IMG/VR virus record: IMGVR_UViG_3300039210_000318 | Location: 9,095 to 73,094 of that record | Strand: one strand, 5' to 3' | From: a virus | Length of the DNA: 64,000 bases | Shown: positions 49,974 through 58,063 of the stretch, piece by piece | Layout: every line of letters starts with the position of its first letter | Position numbering within the stretch: position 1 is the stretch's first letter | Translations under genes and position numbers: made by a program | The notes under the pieces: model-generated | Told to the model about the DNA's origin: nothing | The model's input: only the letters and a program-made list of their open reading frames with translations | Databases searched by the model: none

Positions 49974-50558
49974 ATGTACCAGCCCTCCCCCGAAATGCAA
50001 GCCAGCATCGCCGGCATCCGCGAGCGCAGCGCCTACGGCGACGAGAACCGCGCCGCCGCCGCTAAGGCCCGCGCCGCGGACCGAGCGGCCGACGCGCTGG
50101 TCGCCAGCCGCATGGCGGCGCGCCGCCGCCCTCAGTCGGTCCTGGCCACCGAAGCCGACTGGCAGGCGTTCAGCGCCGCCGTGGACGCCGCCCTCGCCGC
50201 CGACAAGGCGCGCGACCTGCAAGCAAGCCTCGACCGCTTGGTAGCGGACGAATGGAACCCCCAGCAAGGCGCGCGCGTCCTCCGCGTATGCGGGCTGGGC
50301 GAAACCCCCCTGTACGTGGTACACGGCGCGTCCGGCGCGCAGCGCGGCGGCTTCGCTACCCGCGAGGAAGCGACCGAATGGATGCTCGCTCGCTACATCA
50401 AGGATCAAGGCGCGCTGTACGCGGACGATCCCCGCGGCGCGGCCGAGGAGGAGGAGCACCTCGCGGAGATGGTCGAAGGCCGAGCGAGCAACCCCGCGTA
50501 CCAGAGCAACGACCTGGAGGAGGAGCTTGCCGACGCGATGCTGGGCGAGCGCCGGTAG
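49974..50558 (+). CDS. Cassette gene, hypothetical
   Basis: Promoter module, RBS and terminator. Confidence 0.7.
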   Translation: MYQPSPEMQASIAGIRERSAYGDENRAAAAKARAADRAADALVASRMAARRRPQSVLATEADWQAFSAAVDAALAADKARDLQASLDRLVADEWNPQQGARVLRVCGLGETPLYVVHGASGAQRGGFATREEATEWMLARYIKDQGALYADDPRGAAEEEEHLAEMVEGRASNPAYQSNDLEEELADAMLGERR

Positions 50559-50757
50559 CCGCGCCGCCCCAGCCCCCGGTACCGCGCGTACCGGGGGCTT
50601 TCGCGTCCCCGGCGCTGGCCGGGGCGGCGCGCCGGCCGAAGGTACCAGCGCCGACTAGCCCAGATGGCCGGCGCGCCGACCAGCCCTTGCGTATACTGGT
50701 ACGTAGCGGTATCATCCAGGTACGGGGCTTTACCCGTAGGAGCGAAAGGATACACGC

Positions 50758-51018
50758 ATGGCCCTTACCCGCGACACCTACTCCACCTACAAGCGCGCAT
50801 GGAACCGCGCCGCCGCCGCGCGCGCCGAGCGGGCGCACCCGACCAATACCCCCGGCTCGCTGCTTCTGCAGGAGGAGTGGAACGCGCGCCAGAAGGTCCG
50901 CTCGCTTGAATACCTGCTCGCCCACCTACCAAGCGACCCGGCGTTCGACACCTTCCGCGCCGACTACCAAGCGGAGCGCGAGACCCTACTCGCCCTGCTC
51001 CTCGAAGTGCTGGCCTAG
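50758..51018 (+). CDS. Cassette gene, hypothetical
   Basis: Promoter module, RBS and terminator. Confidence 0.65.
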   Translation: MALTRDTYSTYKRAWNRAAAARAERAHPTNTPGSLLLQEEWNARQKVRSLEYLLAHLPSDPAFDTFRADYQAERETLLALLLEVLA

Positions 51019-51243
51019 CCCCCCGCCGCCACGCCCCCCGGTATGCCCTACCGGGGGGCTTTGCCGTTTCCGGCGCGCCGGGGCGGCGCGTGCCAGGCGC
51101 ACCCGGTAGCCGGCCATCTGGGCTACGCCGGCGTGGTACCAACGGCGGTACCACCGGCCAGCGCTCCGTGGCGCTTGCGTATACCGTTGCGTAGCGGTAT
51201 CATCCGAGTACGGCGCGTAGCCGCGAAGCGAAAGGGGACCGAC

Positions 51244-51399
51244 ATGACGATGATGATTATGCTGGGGATGGTCGCCGCGGCCATGCTCCTCGCCGCCATG
51301 GCCCACACCTGGGTCAGCGAAGCCGCCAGCCGCGACGAGGTACGCCGGGTTGACGCGCGGATCGCCGCGCGCCGCCAGCGCGCCAGCGCGCGGTACTAG
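51244..51399 (+). CDS. Small membrane protein (cassette gene)
   Basis: Hydrophobic N-terminus; promoter module and RBS. Confidence 0.55.
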   Translation: MTMMIMLGMVAAAMLLAAMAHTWVSEAASRDEVRRVDARIAARRQRASARY

Positions 51400-51455
51400 C
51401 CACCGAGCGACGCCGCCGGTACCGTACCGGCGCGAGAGGAAAGGAAGCAACCACC

Positions 51456-51833
51456 ATGGCCCGCGAAACCACCAGCCAACTCCTGGAGCAAGCCACCGCC
51501 CTCGAAGCGACCATCTACCGCATCGGGTATGACGCCTACCCCGGCGCGCCGACCGGCATCGCCGCCGACCACCTTGCCTGCGCCGAGCGTGAGGTTGCCG
51601 ACCTGCACGCCCGCATCCGCGCCAACGGCGACGGCATCATCCTGGGCGACGCTCCCTCGCTCGGGCCCAACGGCAACCTGGGCTATGCCCAGATGGTCTC
51701 GCTCATGACCGGCACGCCTCCCTCCGAGGTACCCCCCTACATCCTGACCGCCGCCGAGCAAGCCAGCCTCGACGCGCAGGAGCAGCAGCTCATTGACGAC
51801 GAGCAGGCGCGAAGCGCGCCGCGCCCTTGGTAG
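51456..51833 (+). CDS. Hypothetical protein
   Basis: GGAAAGGAAG RBS. Confidence 0.6.
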   Translation: MARETTSQLLEQATALEATIYRIGYDAYPGAPTGIAADHLACAEREVADLHARIRANGDGIILGDAPSLGPNGNLGYAQMVSLMTGTPPSEVPPYILTAAEQASLDAQEQQLIDDEQARSAPRPW

Positions 51834-51858
51834 CCGGATAGGAAAGGGAGCAACCGCC

Positions 51859-52062
51859 ATGACCGACGCCGACCGCGACCGCTGCCGACTCGAACAAGAC
51901 CGCTTGATCGCTCTCTGCGAGGAGCTTGGCTTCGACCTCTCCTTGCCCTTCTGTAGCCTCCCCGGCGCGCCAACGGTAGCACGCCTGCTCGTCGCCATCT
52001 ACCCGGAATGGCTCGGAGCCATCGTGGCTACGGCCAACTCCCTCGCCTACCGCGCCGACTAG
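51859..52062 (+). CDS. Hypothetical protein
   Basis: GGAAAGGGAG RBS. Confidence 0.55.
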   Translation: MTDADRDRCRLEQDRLIALCEELGFDLSLPFCSLPGAPTVARLLVAIYPEWLGAIVATANSLAYRAD

Positions 52063-52259
52063 GAAAGGAAGCGCCGCTCGCTACCCTCGCCCTTGCTCCC
52101 TGTGGGGTCAGGGAGCAAGGGCTATTGGCGGTTTCACCCCTCGCCTGGCCGGCTACCGCGCCGGCCGGAAGCACGCCGGTCCCTCCCTCAGCAAGCGTGA
52201 CACGCCCGTTCCAAAACGACCGTCGCCGGTTACAACCTCGCGCCGGGGCGGCGCGCTGT

Positions 52260-52452
52260 CGCGCGACGTTGCCCCACACGCCCCCGCTGCCGGCAGCGCG
52301 AGGCATCGTTGGCCTGACGCCCCTGCCCAAATGTCGCCCAACCGGCCTGGGGCATCGTGGCGCGTTTCTGGGCGGCTTCCAAAAGCCTGCCAGTATAGGC
52401 CAAAGCGAAATCTAACGCGGCGTGTCGGGCAACGTCGGGGTGCGTTTTTCGC
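52260..52452 (+). repeat. ~190-bp dispersed element, copy D
   Basis: CGACGTTGCCCCACACG ... CGCGGCGTGTCGGGCAACGTCG; lies just upstream of the packaging operon. Confidence 0.75.
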
Positions 52453-52568
52453 CGGTTTCCGCGCCGGAAACGGCTCCCCGGCGAGGCCGCGCGGCCGACA
52501 TTCCTAGCACGCCCTCCGCTCCCTCGCCCGACACTTATGCCATACCCGCCGGCCGGGTGCGCGCTCGC

Positions 52569-53435
52569 GTGCCTCGCCGCTCGCTCCCCCCCCTTGCTCT
52601 CGCAACGAAGGACGCTCGCTTGGACTCGGCCTGGACCATGTACCTCGGTAACGCCCTGACCTTGCTCCCGGACCTCGCGCCGGCCAGCATCGGCTGCGTC
52701 GTCACCTCTCCCCCGTATGCCATGCAACGCAAAGACTTCTATGCCAGCATCGAGGAAGCGGACTACCCGGCGTGGACGGTCGCCTGGCTGGACGCCCTAC
52801 GCCCAGCCCTTGCTCCCGGAGCAAGCGTCCTCATCAACATCCGCGAGCACATCCGCGACGGCGTCATGGCCGACTACGTGCACCGTACCCGGCTCGCCGT
52901 CCGCGAAGCCGGCTGGTTCGAGCACGAGGAACTCGTCTGGTGCAAGCCCGACGCTCCCCCGCTCGGCCCTAATGCCTTCCCCCGGCGCGCCTGGGAACGG
53001 GTGCTCTGGTTCAGCCAGAGCCGCCGGCCCTACTCCGACCCGAAGGCCAACGGCACGCCGAGCAAGCTCATCGGCATGCGGCCGGCCAACCCCGGTATCG
53101 AGCGAGTAGGCGGTCACTCGGACGGCTACCGCGACGGCATCGCCCGTTGCACGAACGTCATCACCATCCCCGTTGGCGGCAACACCAGCCGCCTGCGCTC
53201 TCCCGGCCATACCGCCGCTTTCCCCCCGGCGCTCGCCGCCTGGCTCATACGCCTGGCATGCCCCCCCGGCGCCACCGTCCTTGACCCCTTCGCCGGCTCC
53301 GGCTCGTCCGGCCTGGCCGCCATGGGCGAAGGACGGTCCTTCGTCGGCATCGAACTGGATGCCCCGACCTTCTGGCAAGCGAGCGAACGCCTGCACGCCT
53401 ACGTCGTCGCCAAGGAGACCCCTCTTGCCTCTTGA
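52569..53435 (+). CDS. DNA N4-cytosine/N6-adenine methyltransferase (beta class); start uncertain
   Basis: VVTSPPY, HTAAFP and VLDPFAGSGSS motifs. Confidence 0.88.
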   Translation: MPRRSLPPLALATKDARLDSAWTMYLGNALTLLPDLAPASIGCVVTSPPYAMQRKDFYASIEEADYPAWTVAWLDALRPALAPGASVLINIREHIRDGVMADYVHRTRLAVREAGWFEHEELVWCKPDAPPLGPNAFPRRAWERVLWFSQSRRPYSDPKANGTPSKLIGMRPANPGIERVGGHSDGYRDGIARCTNVITIPVGGNTSRLRSPGHTAAFPPALAAWLIRLACPPGATVLDPFAGSGSSGLAAMGEGRSFVGIELDAPTFWQASERLHAYVVAKETPLAS

Positions 53436-55788
53436 CCCCAACCTCGCCGTCCTCGTCCCCATCGAGCGGCTCCACGCCCACCCGGAAAACCCCCGGCGCA
53501 TCGATCAGGGTAAGCTCCAAGCGTTGCAACACGCGCTGGCAAGCGACCCGACCATGCTTTGGCAGCGACCGCTCGGCGCCCGCTACGACGGCACCGTCTA
53601 CATGGGCAACATGCGGCTGCAAGCAGCCGCCGCCCTCGGTTGGACCGAGCTACCGGTGGTTTACGAAGACCTGGACCCCATCGAGGAGATGCAGCGCATG
53701 GTGCGCGACAATCGCGAGTACGGCGAGGACGACGACGACAAGCTGGCAACGCTGCTTGCTACCCTCGACGCCGCCGACGCCGACCTCTCGCTCACCGGTT
53801 TGGACGAGCAGCGCGTGGCTGACTTGCTCGCTTCCGTAGCCGGCGAAGGCCAGGGCGGCGCAGCCGGCGACCCCGCCGATGCCTTCCTTTCCCTCTCCGA
53901 CCGCTTCGGCATCGTGCCCTTCTCCGTGCTCGACGCCCGCCAGGGGCCATGGCTGCAGCGCAAGCGAGCCTGGCTCGGCATCGGCCTAGTCTCCGAGATC
54001 GGCCGCGGCAATGACAACGACAAGACGGCCAAGGGCCTGACCTACTCCGTTAGCTCGCAGCCCATTAGCGCCTACAAGGAGAAGGAAGCGTACCAAGCGA
54101 AGCTCGGCCGCGAAGTCTCCTGGCCGGAATTCCTGACCGCTCACCCCGGCGCCGCCAAGCAAAGCGGTACCTCCATCTTCGATCCCGTCGTCTGCGAACT
54201 CGCCTACCGGTGGTTTTCCGCGCCGGGGGCCATCGTCCTTGACCCCTTCGCCGGTGGCTCGGTACGCGGCGTCGTGGCCGCCTTGCTCGGCCGCCAGTAC
54301 GTCGGCATCGACCTCAGCGAGCGTCAGGTGCAAGCGAACCGCGACCAATGGGACGCTATCCTCGCCCGGCTACCGCAGGACGCCACGCCGGCCAGCGCCG
54401 TCCCGGCGCTGGCCGCGCCTCCCCCGGTAGGCGTCGCCCCCGACGCCCTCACCCCCGTTGAGGAGCATCGCCTACCGAACGGCGGCGCCGTCTGGCTGAA
54501 GCGCGACGATACCTGCACCATCGCCGGGGTGACCGGAGGTAAGGTCCGTTCCTGCTGGGCATTGGCTCAGGGAGCAACCGGCCTCACCACCGCCGGCAGC
54601 AAGGAATCCCTGCAAGTCAACATCGTCGCCCACATCGCCAAGGAGCTCGGTATCCCGTGCCGGGTGCATGTCCCCTCCGGCACCCTCACGCCGGAACTAC
54701 GGAGCGCTCAAGCAGCCGGCGCCGAGATCGTCCAGCACGTCCCCGGCCATAATGTCGTCATCAGCGCCCGCGCGCGGGAAGACGCCGCGGCGCGCGGCTG
54801 GCGCGAGATCCCGTTCGGCATGGAGCACGAGGTCGCCGTCGAGCAGACGAGCAGCCAGATAGTCAACCTCCCCGGCAACGCTACCCGCCTCGTCGTACCC
54901 GTTGGCTTCGGCATGTCCCTGGCCGGTATCCTCCACGGCTTGCGCCGCGCCGGTAACACCCTGCCCGTCCTCGGCGTCTGCGTCGGAGCCTCACCGACAA
55001 AGCGCCTGGCGAAGTATGCCCCGACCGGCTGGGCCAAGCAGGCGACCCTCGTCACCAGCAAGCTCGACTACCATGCCCATGCGCCGGTAACGACGCTCGA
55101 CGGCGTGGCCCTTGACCCCATCTATGAGGCCAAGTGCTTGCCGTACCTCCAAGCGGGCGACGTGCTCTGGTGCGTCGGCATCCGCGAGACCGCCACGGCG
55201 ACCGCCGTAGACGGCATGGCCAGCCATCCCGACCCGGTATGGCTGGCCGGCGACAGCGCCAGCGAGCTACCGCTCCGCACCGACCTCGACGCCGACCTGC
55301 TGTTCTCCTGCCCGCCCTACGCCGACCTGGAGCGGTATAGCGACGACGCCGCCGACCTCTCCACGATGCCCTACGACGACTTCCTCGTCGTCTACCGCGA
55401 CATCATTACCAAGGCAGCGGCGCGCCTTAAGGATGATCGCTTCGCCGTCTGGGTGGTAGGCGACATACGCAGCAAGCGCACCGGCAACTACCGCAACTTC
55501 GTCTCCGACACCATTGCCGCCTTTGCCGACGCCGGTATGGCCCTCTACAACGAAGCGATCCTCGTGACCGCTATCGGCTCGCTCGCCGTGCGCGTGGGCA
55601 AGCAATTCACCGTCGCCCGCAAGCTCGGCAAGACGCACCAGCAAATCCTGGTGTTCCTGAAGGGGGACGCGCGCGCCGCTACCGCCGCGGCCGGCGCCGT
55701 CGAAGGCCAGTATGCCCTGCCCGACCCCAGCGCCGCGGACATGGCCGAGCAAGCCGACGACACCGCTCCCCTTGACGAAGCCGCATGA
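53425..55788 (+). CDS. ParB/Srx-domain plus amino-methyltransferase with an inserted PLP-dependent (fold II) domain
   Basis: HPENPR..GNMRL (ParB); VLDPFAGGSVRG and FSCPPY (MTase); LTPV..WLKRDD..GGKVR..LDPIYEAK (ACC-deaminase/D-cysteine-desulfhydrase-like). Confidence 0.8.
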   Translation: MPLDPNLAVLVPIERLHAHPENPRRIDQGKLQALQHALASDPTMLWQRPLGARYDGTVYMGNMRLQAAAALGWTELPVVYEDLDPIEEMQRMVRDNREYGEDDDDKLATLLATLDAADADLSLTGLDEQRVADLLASVAGEGQGGAAGDPADAFLSLSDRFGIVPFSVLDARQGPWLQRKRAWLGIGLVSEIGRGNDNDKTAKGLTYSVSSQPISAYKEKEAYQAKLGREVSWPEFLTAHPGAAKQSGTSIFDPVVCELAYRWFSAPGAIVLDPFAGGSVRGVVAALLGRQYVGIDLSERQVQANRDQWDAILARLPQDATPASAVPALAAPPPVGVAPDALTPVEEHRLPNGGAVWLKRDDTCTIAGVTGGKVRSCWALAQGATGLTTAGSKESLQVNIVAHIAKELGIPCRVHVPSGTLTPELRSAQAAGAEIVQHVPGHNVVISARAREDAAARGWREIPFGMEHEVAVEQTSSQIVNLPGNATRLVVPVGFGMSLAGILHGLRRAGNTLPVLGVCVGASPTKRLAKYAPTGWAKQATLVTSKLDYHAHAPVTTLDGVALDPIYEAKCLPYLQAGDVLWCVGIRETATATAVDGMASHPDPVWLAGDSASELPLRTDLDADLLFSCPPYADLERYSDDAADLSTMPYDDFLVVYRDIITKAAARLKDDRFAVWVVGDIRSKRTGNYRNFVSDTIAAFADAGMALYNEAILVTAIGSLAVRVGKQFTVARKLGKTHQQILVFLKGDARAATAAAGAVEGQYALPDPSAADMAEQADDTAPLDEAA

Positions 55789-56378
55789 GCGAGCCAACAG
55801 ACATGGCTACCCACGTCCAGACCGCCGCGCTCAAGGAAGCGTTCCTCAACGCCTTCGGCGTGACGGGTAACGTCAGCCGCGCATGCCGCCAGACCGGTAC
55901 CCCCCGGCGCAACGTCTACTTCTGGCTCCAGCAAGATCCCGGCTTCGGCCTGGCATACCGCGAAGCGGAACTGATGGCCGAGGACGTGTTGGAGCAAGCC
56001 GCCTGGGAGAGGGCCGTCACCGGCGTCAAGCACGAGAAGCGAGCCTACGCCGGGGGCGCCCTCATCGACACGCTCGTGGAAACCGAGTACAGCGACACCT
56101 TGCTCATCTTCCTCCTGAAAGCGAGGAACCCCCGTAAGTACCGAGAGAAGGTCACGATTGACTACGCTGACCTCCCCACCGACCAGCTCCTTGCTGAAGC
56201 CCGCGCCCTCGGTCTTGCCCCGCTCGCCTTTGACCCCTCCCTCCCAGCAGATGGAAGCGGAACTGGTACGCCGGCGCTTGGGGTTGGAGACCGAACTACG
56301 GCGCCGGAAGCTCCTGCCCCCGCTGGACGCCAACGCCGCGCCAAGCCTCGACCTCCTGGCCTGGAGCACGCAGCATAG
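55785..56378 (+). CDS. terS: Terminase small subunit
   Basis: FL.AF..GNVSRAC..Y.W..DP.F HTH and YSDTLLIFLLK..P.KYRE motifs; upstream of TerL. Confidence 0.8.
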   Translation: MSEPTDMATHVQTAALKEAFLNAFGVTGNVSRACRQTGTPRRNVYFWLQQDPGFGLAYREAELMAEDVLEQAAWERAVTGVKHEKRAYAGGALIDTLVETEYSDTLLIFLLKARNPRKYREKVTIDYADLPTDQLLAEARALGLAPLAFDPSLPADGSGTGTPALGVGDRTTAPEAPAPAGRQRRAKPRPPGLEHAA

Positions 56379-58047
56379 GATCATCAACGGCCAGCCCTTC
56401 ACCGTCTCGGCTCCGTTGCTCGACCTCTACCGCTCTACCCATCCCAACGTCGTCGTCATGAAGGCGGCGCAGGTCGCTATCTCCGAGTGGCTCATCAACC
56501 TGGCCTTCTGGGCTGCCGACAGCCGCGCCGGCGGCCGCGGCAACGTCATGTACCTGTTTCCGAAAGCTGCCCAGATGGGCGACTTCTCGCGCGCCCGCGT
56601 CCAGAAGCCGGTAGACGAGTCGCCCTACCTGCGCGCGCGTACCGGCAGGGGCAGCCCGGAGGGGGAGGCCGCGACGCCGGGGCGGCGCGTGGGGAAGGCG
56701 ACGGCCAACGTCGGCTTGCGCCAGATCGGCCCTGGCTTCCTCTACCTGCGCGGCTCCCAGAACCGCGACTCCTTGCTCTCGGTAGACGCCGACCTGCTCT
56801 GCCTGGACGAGGTAGCGCAGTACACGGCCGGCACGCTGGACGTGGCCGCGCGCCGTCTCGGCTCCTCGGCCTTCGCCTGGCAACGCGCCGGCAGCACGCC
56901 GCGCTACCCCAAGGACGAGATGGGTGTCCTCTGGGACCAATCCACCCAACGCGCCTACCATAGCCGCTGCCCCGGCTGCGGCTCCTGGCAATGCCTCCAG
57001 GTCATGACCCACCTTGACCCGACGACGGCCACCGTGCGCTGCGCCGCCTGCAACGCCGACATGACCGCCGCTCGCCTGGCCCCCGGCGAGTGGATCGCCG
57101 CCTCTCCCGGCAGGCAATGGGAGGGCTACCACGTCAATAAGCTGCTCTCGCCGCGCGTCGACCTGGCCGTCCTGGCCGCTACGCAGCGGCGCGTGCTCGA
57201 CGGCCGTACCAGCGCCAGCGAGACCCAGGAGTTCTACAACTCCGACTGCGGCATCCCGTGGCTGCCCGCCGGGGGGGCTATGGACGCCGCACAGCTGGAT
57301 GCCTGTATGTCGGATGACACCTTTAGCACCCTGCCTACCGCCGCCAAGGACAGTGTCATGGGCGTGGACGTCGGCGCGCGCCTACACATCCGCATCAACA
57401 CCGCCGAACGCGACGGCCGCGCCCGCGCTGCCCTCGTGGATAGCGTCCGGACGTTTGAGGAGTTGGACGCCCTGATGGTGCGCTTCAACGTCTCGACCTG
57501 CGTTATCGACGCCAACCCCGAAACCCGTAAGGCCCGCGAGTTTGCCGAGCGTTGGCCCGGCAGAGTCACCGTCGCGTACTACCCCAATTGGGGAGCCGAC
57601 CAGGCAAACGAACTCTGCACCTGGTCAAAGGACGAACCCGTCGTCAAGATCAACCGGACGGCGGCGCTCGATGCCGTACAAGCCATGGTCGCCCAACGGC
57701 GGCTGATCCTGCCCCAGGGCGCCTACGCGCTCGGGGGCGACACCGACCGCGCCGGCCACGGCGAGTACTACCGTCACATGAGCAGCCCGATCCGGGTCAT
57801 CGCCGACAACAGCCGGGGCAACCCGACGCCGCACTACGAGCAAAACGGACCCGACCACTATGCCCACGCCGAGGTCTACGCCTACGTAGCGGCGCAGCAG
57901 CAGGGGGGCTTGCCCTTCGGCTGGTACCGCCAGGACGACGCCTTTATGGAAAAGGTAGAGCGCGGCGGCAAGCCGCCGGAGGACACCGCGGAGACCCGTC
58001 GCGAGGCACAGAAGCGAGCCATCTTGAACGCCATGGGCTTCGCGTAA
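56251..58047 (+). CDS. terL: Terminase large subunit, lambda GpA family; start uncertain
   Basis: KAAQVAISE, LDEV, STP, CPGCG/CAAC Zn motifs, GVDVG, VIDA and DHYAHA. Confidence 0.9.
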   Translation: MEAELVRRRLGLETELRRRKLLPPLDANAAPSLDLLAWSTQHRIINGQPFTVSAPLLDLYRSTHPNVVVMKAAQVAISEWLINLAFWAADSRAGGRGNVMYLFPKAAQMGDFSRARVQKPVDESPYLRARTGRGSPEGEAATPGRRVGKATANVGLRQIGPGFLYLRGSQNRDSLLSVDADLLCLDEVAQYTAGTLDVAARRLGSSAFAWQRAGSTPRYPKDEMGVLWDQSTQRAYHSRCPGCGSWQCLQVMTHLDPTTATVRCAACNADMTAARLAPGEWIAASPGRQWEGYHVNKLLSPRVDLAVLAATQRRVLDGRTSASETQEFYNSDCGIPWLPAGGAMDAAQLDACMSDDTFSTLPTAAKDSVMGVDVGARLHIRINTAERDGRARAALVDSVRTFEELDALMVRFNVSTCVIDANPETRKAREFAERWPGRVTVAYYPNWGADQANELCTWSKDEPVVKINRTAALDAVQAMVAQRRLILPQGAYALGGDTDRAGHGEYYRHMSSPIRVIADNSRGNPTPHYEQNGPDHYAHAEVYAYVAAQQQGGLPFGWYRQDDAFMEKVERGGKPPEDTAETRREAQKRAILNAMGFA

Positions 58048-58063
58048 ATGAGAGGCATCCCCC

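Larger units (their letters stand above)
42630..51240 (+). promoter_or_regulatory. Array of ~15 conserved promoter modules (CCAGATGGGCTAC box, -35 TTGCGT, ATACCGCTACGTAGCGGTAT operator, -10 TATCTT/TATCAT, TACGGG-ATTTA-CCCGTA leader hairpin, GAAAGGA RBS)
   Basis: Operators near 42691, 43286, 43786, 44435, 45216, 45664, 46727, 47223, 47739, 48256, 48954, 49596, 49910, 50694 and 51182. Confidence 0.85.

Noticed and set aside
42630-51400. Cassette repeats read as a CRISPR-like repeat/spacer array
   Set aside because: The repeats resolve into promoter, RBS and terminator parts, and the intervening DNA consists of full ORFs.
40665-52062. Classical integron (IntI plus attC cassettes)
   Set aside because: The recombinase looks XerC/D-like with no evident IntI insertion. 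The cassettes carry their own promoters, and I found no RYYYAAC..GTTRRRY attC ends.
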